Virus record (IMG/VR): IMGVR_UViG_3300024232_000009
Coordinates: 1-64,000 of that record
Strand: one strand, 5' to 3'
Length of the DNA stretch: 64,000 nucleotides
Source of the DNA: a virus
Lineage: Duplodnaviria > Caudoviricetes
A program made the translations under genes and the position numbers. Below the pieces are notes generated by a model that worked only from the letters and a program-made list of their open reading frames with translations, did no database searches and was not told the origin of the DNA. Below are positions 8,532 through 18,000 of the stretch, piece after piece (position 1 is the stretch's first letter; each line of letters begins with the position of its first letter).

Positions 8532-8903
8532 TCACCGGACTTCCCCGTAATCGAAGCGCCCAAGCAGGATAGCGAACATATGTTCGAGCAACATTGCCCC
8601 ACGGTGCTGTCGTTGGTATGGGGCTGAAGGGGAGTCACCGGGCTCTCCGTCGCCGGTGAAGGCCGCGTCGAACGTATCCACGGCCCCCTGCGTTATTCCG
8701 GCCTTCAAGCAGAGTTTCGCCTCCGCCAACTCGTGAAATGCGACGAGGAACACCTCGTCCTGATCCATGACGTCGGCGCCGACAACCTTGATATGCAGAT
8801 CGCCGTTTGACGGGTCAAAATACCAATCGCCGCACTCAGGGAATTTATAAGCGTCCAGGCGCATCTTGTCCGCTGGAACCGCCTCGATGATGATCCGGCT
8901 CAT
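8532..8903 (-). CDS. Small putative metalloprotein with HELAE motif
   Basis: CGDWY...FHELAEAKLC...VDTFD...EPGDSPSAPYQRQH; His/Glu/Asp residues arranged as a possible metal site. Confidence 0.75.
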   Translation of the reverse strand: MSRIIIEAVPADKMRLDAYKFPECGDWYFDPSNGDLHIKVVGADVMDQDEVFLVAFHELAEAKLCLKAGITQGAVDTFDAAFTGDGEPGDSPSAPYQRQHRGAMLLEHMFAILLGRFDYGEVR

Positions 8904-9253
8904 GTTGTTGGCCCCAGGTCTGATCCCCTGGTCGCCTTCATCAGTTTTTCCATGTCGGGCGTAGCCTTCTTTATCGCTACCTCGATATTGCCGAGCGTGA
9001 CACCAGCAATGAACGCCATCCGACCATCCCTGATCCCAGTTTCTTGCGTGGTCAGCTTGCCGGGGAAATTCCTTCGCTCAAAATCATCGAGGAGAGCGAT
9101 GATGGCCGTCTGAACATAATCGGCGTCCGGCAACGGCCCTTTGAAAGCCACCTCACCAGCAACATTGCCTGTTGCCAGATTGCGAATCCCTATTCGCTGC
9201 GTTCCTTGGTCTGGCTCTGAAACCTCGAAAACGTAACCCGTTGGTGTTGTCAT
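8900..9253 (-). CDS. Hypothetical protein (117 aa; start reassigned to MTTPTGY)
   Basis: GGAGG ribosome site upstream of the ATG at 9253; ATGA overlap with the downstream gene. Confidence 0.7.
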   Translation of the reverse strand: MTTPTGYVFEVSEPDQGTQRIGIRNLATGNVAGEVAFKGPLPDADYVQTAIIALLDDFERRNFPGKLTTQETGIRDGRMAFIAGVTLGNIEVAIKKATPDMEKLMKATRGSDLGPTT

Positions 9254-9383
9254 GTCCCTGGATAACCTCCCTAAGATCCTGCTGCAAAGCGTGGCGATCG
9301 GCATTTGGGCGACTTGGCGCGCGCGGCGCGCGGCGCGACCGCCGGCGATGAGTGCCGCAGAACGGTTCGGTTGGTGGTTGGGC

Positions 9384-12041
9384 TCACTGCATGCCCGGCT
9401 GCTGGGGCAGAGTTGGCGCCAGTGCCGCGCCTGCTACTGGCGCGAGGGCCTGCGCGCCGCCGCGCGCTACGTTGGCCAGCGCGTTTTGCGTGCGCGGCAT
9501 GGGATTGGCCGATAGCTTGTTGAGCGCCCAGTTCAATCCCTTGGATCCAGCAGCGGTGTAGGGTGCGGCAGCGACAGCCGCGGCCCCAAGCGCCGCTGGA
9601 TTGAGCCACGCCAGACCACCGCCACCCAGACCCATCAGGCCGAGAAACGCGGTGCGCTCCGCTGTGCCGCTGTCCCTGACCACCTGGGGCAGCACCTGGC
9701 TCGCGGCACCGGACAGGTCTTGGAGCAACGCCGCCCCCTCGGAAAAGGCCCGCTTGTCCTTGCTGGTGTCGCGTCGCCGTACGGCCATGCTCAACCGGTT
9801 CGGCGAGAACACACCATCCGCCCGGCCGCCCGCACCCGAGGCCGCGTCCTGGACGATCTTGAACTTGGCATAGCCGGCGTCGATCCGATCCTTGGCCGCC
9901 TGTAGCAGTGGATTGTTGCGCGCCATCATCTTGTCGAGGGCGGTATCGGCCTCCCGCAGCAATTTCGCCAGATCGCGCTCGTACGGGCTTTTGTCGCGGC
10001 CCTTCGTCCGAACCAAATCGTCCAGCATGGTGCCGATCTTCTGCGTGTCTGTCCCCGTGATCCGGCCCGCCCCGGCCCTGAAGGGTTCCAAAATCTCGCT
10101 CTTGATGATGTGCATCAGTTCATCGCGAAGCCCCTGCGGCAGGTTCATCGACTGCGCTTTCAGGCCGATCGCGTTCAGGTCGTTCATGAAGTCGCGGTCC
10201 AGCGCACCACGCATCCTGGGGATGACCATGTCATACGCATCACTGAAGGACTTTCGCGCTGCTTCAATGGCGTCATGCCCGGCATCCACGCCGGGAGGTA
10301 GTTTGGCGCCGATGTCGTCGAGCGACCGATTGATCGCCGCGCGATTGAAGGTCTCGATGCTCTTGCGCTGCGCTTCCCGGACCTGATTTCCCATGAGCGG
10401 ATGCGAGGAAAGCGCGTCCTCCATCCGCTTCAGTTTGCCGCCCGCCATCTGTCCCGGCGTGAGGGTGACACCCTCGCCCATCAAGGTTTTCACCGCTGCC
10501 TCAAAGTTCGGCTTGACGACCTTGGCGAGCGCGTTTCCGACCGCGCCCAACGCCGCTCCCGCACCGGTGCCGATGGCGACTTCCGCTGCCTTGTCCCGCC
10601 AGTACCGATCGTCCTTCTGGCCGGGCTGAGTGCCGCTTGGCGTCATCGCCGCGCCAATGGCTCCAGCCGCCGCTCCGGAGCGCAGCGCGTTCGCCGCCTT
10701 CACCGCTTTGCCGGCGATGCCCAATGGAGCGACCAGGCCGCCCAGGAACTCGCCAGCGCCGGTGGCGAAGGGGTGTGCCGCTCTGTTCGCGGCGTTTTCT
10801 TTCTCAAGGCGCGCTACGCCCGTTCTGGCGTCCTGAGTGAGGGTTTCACCGCCAGGAATTCCCGCCGCCTGCATCCCCTTGCCGACAAGCTCCTCCGCAC
10901 CCAGAACGGTGTCGCCAAATCCCTTGCCAATCGCGCCGATCGTCGACATGACCATGTTGTCCGGCTGCGGTGCCGCTCCCTGCAAATCCGCCAGAAACGG
11001 ATTCGCTGGTGCGGCCGCTTTCGGTTGCGCCTGCTGCAAATCCGCCATGAATGGGTTTGCTTCGGCCGCCTGCGCACTCGGAATGATCGCGTTGCCGATC
11101 TTCCCGAGCAGAGAGATCGGTTCCTTGGGTGCGGGCTCCTGGGGTTCCTGACGCGGTCCACGCGGCAATTGTCCCCGCTCCACGAAATCGTTCGGCAGGA
11201 GCTTGCCCGACATACCCTGGATTTCGGTCGGCGTTCCCTCGCCCTTCTGGCGGATCGCCACCGGGATGGCGTCCACCCCTTCTTGCTGGGCAAGCAACGC
11301 CCGGTGCCGGCCGTCCTGGGCAGTCACCGTACCGGTGTTGCCCTCGACGTTCATGTCCAGCGTGGGGATCGCCTCGATGGGCTCGCCGCGGTTGAACGAC
11401 CGCATGAGCGACCGACCCGAGGGGCTGTCGAACGGCTTATGTTCCAGGTCCGGCGAGAGGTCCAGGTAATCGGCTGGCTGCATGTAGCGGATGTCGGTGC
11501 CCGGCCGGCCGTCATGCTCCTTCATGGCATAGTCGGAGAAGCGGAACCGGTCATTGCCGAGGACCGGTTCACCGCTGGCGTTGTTCTGCCACAGCACCGA
11601 GGCCGGACGTTCGAAGATGCGTTTGAAGGCGTCCTCGTTGCGGCCTCGGTCATCGACGGTCTGTTGCAACTTCAGGAGCCCGGGGTAATCGCGCTCTTTC
11701 TCCATGCGCGAAAACTGGATCTGGATTTCCGGGTCGGTCCAGTCCGTACCGTGTTTGCTGGCATAGGATTTCAGTTCGTCCAGCCGTTTGTTGTGGTGCT
11801 GGTACATGCCGCCCGACGTGGCCCGGCCCGATTTGTCGAAATCACCGGGGACGGCGGATTTGCCGCCGCTCTCCCGCATGATGTTGTCGACCTCGCCCTT
11901 GACCGCGCCCTGCGTGATGTCGGGATTGTATTTCCGGACCAGGCGTTCAGCGTCGTCTCGGTTCAACCGCACCGCGCGCACGGTGACCGGGCCGGTCGGC
12001 CGTTCGGTCATCAGTCGATCGGGATCATAGTCCGCCATCAA
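9384..12041 (-). CDS. DNA ejection (internal virion) protein with N-terminal phage tail-lysozyme and ParB/Srx-like domains
   Basis: IMRESGG...SGGMYQH...RLDELKSYA...WTDPEIQIQF...FERPA (tail lysozyme), QDGRHRA (ParB/Srx), NPFxADL repeats, then an Ala/Gly-rich helical ejection-protein body. Confidence 0.8.
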   Translation of the reverse strand: MMADYDPDRLMTERPTGPVTVRAVRLNRDDAERLVRKYNPDITQGAVKGEVDNIMRESGGKSAVPGDFDKSGRATSGGMYQHHNKRLDELKSYASKHGTDWTDPEIQIQFSRMEKERDYPGLLKLQQTVDDRGRNEDAFKRIFERPASVLWQNNASGEPVLGNDRFRFSDYAMKEHDGRPGTDIRYMQPADYLDLSPDLEHKPFDSPSGRSLMRSFNRGEPIEAIPTLDMNVEGNTGTVTAQDGRHRALLAQQEGVDAIPVAIRQKGEGTPTEIQGMSGKLLPNDFVERGQLPRGPRQEPQEPAPKEPISLLGKIGNAIIPSAQAAEANPFMADLQQAQPKAAAPANPFLADLQGAAPQPDNMVMSTIGAIGKGFGDTVLGAEELVGKGMQAAGIPGGETLTQDARTGVARLEKENAANRAAHPFATGAGEFLGGLVAPLGIAGKAVKAANALRSGAAAGAIGAAMTPSGTQPGQKDDRYWRDKAAEVAIGTGAGAALGAVGNALAKVVKPNFEAAVKTLMGEGVTLTPGQMAGGKLKRMEDALSSHPLMGNQVREAQRKSIETFNRAAINRSLDDIGAKLPPGVDAGHDAIEAARKSFSDAYDMVIPRMRGALDRDFMNDLNAIGLKAQSMNLPQGLRDELMHIIKSEILEPFRAGAGRITGTDTQKIGTMLDDLVRTKGRDKSPYERDLAKLLREADTALDKMMARNNPLLQAAKDRIDAGYAKFKIVQDAASGAGGRADGVFSPNRLSMAVRRRDTSKDKRAFSEGAALLQDLSGAASQVLPQVVRDSGTAERTAFLGLMGLGGGGLAWLNPAALGAAAVAAAPYTAAGSKGLNWALNKLSANPMPRTQNALANVARGGAQALAPVAGAALAPTLPQQPGMQ

Positions 12042-15000
12042 TCGCCCTCCACGGAGATGATCGGACGGCGTTTCGTGATCGCCTCGATCGTGGTAGCCCC
12101 GCCTTCCCCAGTTGGAATGAAGTACCTCGTATCGTAAGTACCAGGGATTCGCTCGCGGAACACCCCGGCCGCCTCCAGTTCGCCCATGTGGCTATAGAGG
12201 TCTGGTCCGGTCAGTTCGAGACGCCACTCTTGCGCCACGCGGCGGCGCTTGATGATCCAGCCGTTCGCCAGACTGGCGACGCCACCCTCCAGTATCCGCT
12301 CAACAACCTCGGCGGGTTTGATGTTCAGCTTGACGCTCTCGGCCCCCAACCGCGTCAGCGTCTCATTGATGACCTTGTTGTCGACCACGCGCCCGAGCAT
12401 CCGTTCGCCGGCGTCGGTCTGAAGCCGGAAAATCTTTGGCTGGCCGGCCAGGCGGTCCCAAATGGGCAGGATCGCGCCGGTGATGATGTGCAGATCGGCT
12501 TCCTTGAACTCGGGTGTCTTCGCGACCCGTTCATCCCACAGGGTTTTCGCCTCTTTGAGATTGGTGATCCGATTCAGGTTTCCGGTGGCGCGCATTGAGT
12601 CATCCAGTTCGTCTTTGGGCACGAACTGCCAGTCGATCGGCGTGGTGACGCGATAATGCTCGGTCACCAAGCCGTTCGGTTCAACTTTGGTGAAGGTCGT
12701 GGGGGTGACCGCCGAAATGTAGCTGCTTCGCTTGTTCTGGATGAAAAACTCCGGTGCGTTCCAACCCGCGCGCTGCGCCTGACCGGACATCAGATCGGTA
12801 AACGACGTCGGATAGTTGCGGTTGCTGGTCATCAGGTGGACGTGCCGCGTCTCCGCGCCGGAATTTGGATCGGTGTAGACCACCTGATCCGACACCTTGG
12901 TGATCTTGTCCGCCTTGTATGTCTCAGTCCCGGCGTCGAGTGTTCCAGCCGCCGCGGCGCGGTCCACGATGTCACGGAAGCGCGTGGCGAATTCATTGAA
13001 CACCCGGTTCTGGTCGTTGACCTTCAGGCTCAGAACGCGGTTCAGGAATTGCGTCATCGGCGGGAGGTCGTCTCGCAGCGCACCATCAGGCGTCGAGATG
13101 ATCAGTCCCATCTGTTCGGCCAGGTCTTCCTCGCTGAAGCCCTCGACCTTCCCCATGTGAATGTCGACGAACAGTTGCCTAAGACCAGCTTTGGCCTCGT
13201 CGCTTTCCAGGTTGTCCTGTAGGCCAAACATGCCCTGATCACCGGTGCGTCGCTCCCCCTTGGTCAGCGCGCCCAACTGGCCCAATCGACGCGCAATCGA
13301 CGAAATGAACCGTTTCTGCCCCTCCAGATCGGTCGTGACGAGGTGGAAGATCGGTGCGGTCCACTGGTTCGTGCGGTGCGTGCGGCCGAAACCCTGCACT
13401 GCGGTATCCGCCCGCCACCCAGCCTGTACGAGGTAGTGCGAGCGTCGAGCACCGGAATTGCCTCCGATGGCTAGCCGGCCAGTATCGTCTACCCGTTCCG
13501 CCGTTTTGTCGTCGTGGTAGCTACGCCCGGTTCCACCCGCTTGCGAGAAGATCAGGATTTTCTTTTTGCCGCTCTGGAATGAGTTGGCCTCGGCCACGTT
13601 CGCGTCCGTGCCTCGCTTTTCCAGCACCTTCTTCATGCGGCCGGTTTCGTCGGGCTTGTTCACCACCCGCTGCTTGCGACCAGTGACCTCCGCAACCGCC
13701 TCGGGCCCGTAGTGGTTGACCAGAATTTCCAGTGGTCCATCCGGCACCCGGAGGGAGCCAAGGTCCAGCAGCAGCTTTTCCTTGGCCGCGACCGCCTCTG
13801 GATTGGCGACCTTGTTGCCTTCGGAATCAATAACCAGACGCACACGCTCATTGCCGTCCGGATCTATATAGGTCTCGTATTGCCAGATCGGGAAGGCCTT
13901 ATCGACCAACTGCAAGAGTTGATCGCGCGGCGACATATCGAGTTCTTCCAGGTCTTCGTCGCCGCTGGCTTTGCTCTTGTCGAGCGCGCGTTCTTGGCCG
14001 GCCTCGTTGGTGTTGACCAACTGAAGCACCGCCTGACGCCCTTCCGCGAGGTCTTTATCAATCCCCTCGATCACACTCGGCATCTGAAGCGACGTGATCA
14101 ACTGATTGAAGAACCGCTGATGACCACCCCAGAATGCGGACATGATGGCTGACTTCGGCCCACCCTTACCGTCGGCGCCGGTTTCCGCCAGCGCCTCCAT
14201 CATGTTGCGCAGCACGAGTTGCCACGCATCGGCGATCTTGTCGTACATCTCCCGTTGCGGCGGCGTCAGGTCGTGCTGCACCCGGTCATACTCGACGCCG
14301 TCGTAAGACAGAGACCGGGCCGTGTAGTAGCCCAGCGCCTTCATGTCCCGGGCGACGAGTTCCATCGCGGCGACGCCACCGGAGGCTACGCGCGAGAGGA
14401 AGTCGCTCCGATTGGCGAAGGCCGTACCAGGCCCCCATAATCCAAGGCGATCGGCGTAGGCCAGATTGTTGACCTCGGTGGCTCCCGTGGCCGAAACATA
14501 GACCACGCGGGCATTCGGTAGCGCGTTCTGCAGTTCGAGCCCGGCGAGCGCCTTGGCCGCAGCCTCTTTCGTGCCGCGTTTGCCCTTTTCGCTGGTGGCG
14601 TTTGCCATGTTATGAGCTTCGTCGAAGGCGATCACACCGTCGAAGTCCTTGCCGACCCAATCGACGATCTGCTGCACGCGAGTTTTCGGTTCTGCCCCCT
14701 GTGGTTTTTCGATGCCAACTTGCTGCGGCAGCAAAAGCCATTGGCCCATATTGTGGGTCTTGCCGTTCTTCTCCTTGACCTTCCACTCTATCTCCGTTCG
14801 GGTGTCCTTTGATGGTTTGTTGCCGACGATTGTCAATTCAGCGGTCTGGCCAGTTAATGGATGCTGTGCCGTGACTTTGGCACCGTCAAAGAACCCGTGC
14901 CTCCCGTGTTTTTCCCATTCCTCCGGGGTAGCGCCACCAAACTTCTCTCCCGACTTCACCGTGTCATACGTGGTGAACAGAATCCCCTCGTGCTTGATCT

Positions 15001-18000
15001 CGTCACCGGCCTTGATCTTGTTGTGCACCAGGATTTCGTTCGGGTTCTGCCCAAGACCAGCCCAGTCCCTCTTGGCATCATTCGCCAACGGCATCTTCTC
15101 CGACACCCAAATGGCCTTCTTCCTGCCCTGCCATTTGTTGTCCAGGATGATGCCGGCAACCTCACGGCCCTTACCCACGCCAGTCCCGTCGCCAATAAAG
15201 AAGCCCCGGCGCTTCACTACACCGTCCTTGTCCTTTTCCAAGGTCTGCGAATGGGCGTTGCCGGCGTAGACGATCGCCTCCAACTGCGCGGCGGAAACCG
15301 CGCCTTCGGTAATCAGCTTCTTAGGTAGCGCCGTTTTGTAGGTGACCGTCGGCGGCAGCACCGATGCCATGGCCGCGGACTGCACCAATGGGCCAGGATG
15401 TGGCTGCGCACCCTCAATGGTGATCCGCTGCGGCCGGTAATCCTCGTAGACGCTTTCGGTCAGTTCGCCGCCGGTCTGTTCCTCGGGGACGACGATGCTG
15501 GTTTCCAGCAGTTCCGGCGCCGGCGGTGTTACGGCGAGGTCGCTACCATCAGGTCGAGTATGACTTGTATCACCGCCTGGGCTGCTTCCTGGGACGACTT
15601 CGCCTGTTGCAGGCTGGACAGCAAGTTGTCCTGCTCCTCCCTGTGCGTCAGGTTTGGGTTGCTGAACAGTCGGCGCATCGCTTCGTACGCCTCCTGCCGG
15701 CCGTGTGCCGCTCCCAGGCCGAACACCACCTGCTTGATCGCCTCTGGTTCCGGTTGGCTTGGGGCCAGAGGGCGTGGAAGGTCGATCTTGTCCGCTTCCA
15801 GCCCCCACGTCGCCAGTTGGAGGACGTACGGCACCTGCGGATCCGCTGGCTCCTTGGCCTGGTTGAGCCACCGGAGCGCCGCCTGATTGATCGGCCACTG
15901 GTTCACCGGCACTTCCTGGGCGGGCATCGCGCACTCCTTGTAGCGCATCCAACAGTTCAGCCGACGTCAGCGCGGTCGTCACCAATGGTGGTTGGCCGCT
16001 CGGCGCGACCTTGTCGATCACCAGAAGGCGGGTGGGAAACGTCGTGCCGTATTTGCGATAGATTTCGCCACCGACACCGATATTGGCACGAACATCGTAT
16101 TCCGCACCAATTTTCTTCCACCAGTCACGGAATGCTCGGCCGGTGGCGTTATTTCGGCCATCCTTCCCCGCTGTCTCCGCACCCTCTGGCTTCATGCCGT
16201 CGCCCACGATAGCCACCAAACGGCCGCCAGGTTCCAGCCGCTTCAAAGCTTGCTCGATGTGAACCGCGCCGGTTTCCAACACCATCTTGCCGCCCATGCG
16301 GTCACCGGCCGACGAGAACGGCGGGTTCATCACCACCACGGTCGGCTTGATGTCGCGCGGCAGGATGTTGTGAAGCTGCTCGGCGTTTTCCTTCGTGATC
16401 CGGTCGAACGGCAGGGTTTCCATCATGGTGCGGCGCTGCGGCGAGATTTCGTTGCCGACCACCTTCGCGCCCGCGTTCATGGCGTGCACTGCGATGCCCC
16501 CGGTGCCGGCTGACGGCTCGATCACGGTTTCACCCGGGCGGATGTTCGCCACCCATGAGATCGCGAAGGCATAATCCGGTGGCGTGCTGAACTGCTGAAG
16601 TTTGACCTTGTCGCCGGACCGGACAGTCTGCGTCGGGAGCCAGGATTTGATCTCGGCCAGTTGCGCGGCCTGCTCATTGGCGCGTGCGAGGTCGCCGGTC
16701 GGGGCGAACCGTTCGGGCTGCTTGGCGATGAACAGGTTCACGCCGCTTTCGACCGCGTCATACATCCGATCGCGCGAGAAAGCGTTGTCGGCGAGTTTTC
16801 CCTCATAAACGAACTCGGCCGCGCTCTGCACCGACTGCGGCTTAATGGCCCGATCTTCACCGAGAGGCATCTTCTCCCGCTCGTGCAGCCATTGCGCGAC
16901 GATCCGCGCCATCATCCCATCGGGACCATACATCGTACGGAGCCGATCCATGTTGTTCGCCAGTAGCGGGTCCATGTCGCTGTTGGCGTCGGGGAAGGCT
17001 GACACCGGTGCGTTGGCCTGGTTCTTCTTCGCCTGCTGCTCGGCCACGTCGAGCGACGATGGGATCGGTCGATCGGTCAGAGGGAGTTGCCCGGTATCGG
17101 GCCTCTCCCATGGCAGATATCCCTGCTCGCGCCACACATGCTCAAGCGCGCGAATTTCAGCCGGCGTGCGATCGATCCCCTCCTGAACAGCGATATCACC
17201 CGGCGACCAGCCGCGCTTCAGCATGTCGCGGATGTCGTCCATCTGGTCTTCGAGCCCCGGATCGTCAGCCTGGCGATAGGCTTCGTCCAGTGCGACCTCT
17301 TCGATGCCCGCTTTGATGCGACGCTGGTTTTCCAGTTCCTCGGCGTCCGGCAGGGCGTCCTGCGCGGCATCGACGGCGTCTCTCAGTCGCTCATGCTCCG
17401 CACGGACCGCCAGATACTCGTCGTCGCCAATACGCTGCGCACGATAGTCAGCAGTCGCCTTCTCGAATGTCGGCTGATAGGCACGCCACGCGGCGTCAGC
17501 GGCGGCGAAGGCTTCCTCGGGTGTCTGTGCCGATGGCTCGGGAGTGGCCTCACCCATCAGCGCGCGCGCGCCGGGGAAGATCGCCATCGCACCCTGCCAC
17601 TCCGAAGCGTCGGGCTTCACGTTCAGATCGTCCAGGGCTTCCCGCACCTCGGCGGCGGTGGCGCTGCCGTTCGCGGCATGATTGGCGATCGAGCGCAGCG
17701 CGCTCGGCACGGTCATCTGCCCGCTTTCCACCCGATCGACGGCTTGCCGCACCGGGGACTTTTCGGCCACAGGCGCGGGTGCTGGCGCCGTTGCGGCGGG
17801 CTTCGGCGCGGCTGGTTCCGCCGTTGGTTGCGTCGCCGACGACCGGATGAACCACCCACCATCCTTGCGGAAGCTGTACGGATCAAGCGCCTTGGCTTCG
17901 TCGCGGCCGATGTCCCTACGGATCGTCCCCGTGAGGGTTTTCCCCTTCTTGGTGACGTGGGTGACGATCTCGGGCTCGATCGGCGCTGGTGCCGATTCAG

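Noticed and set aside
9252-9515. 87-aa plus-strand ORF after the ejection genes
   Set aside because: Its ATG overlaps the start of the minus-strand gene, half of it overlaps the 885-aa gene, and there is no ribosome site or promoter. Cannot be excluded but is unsupported.
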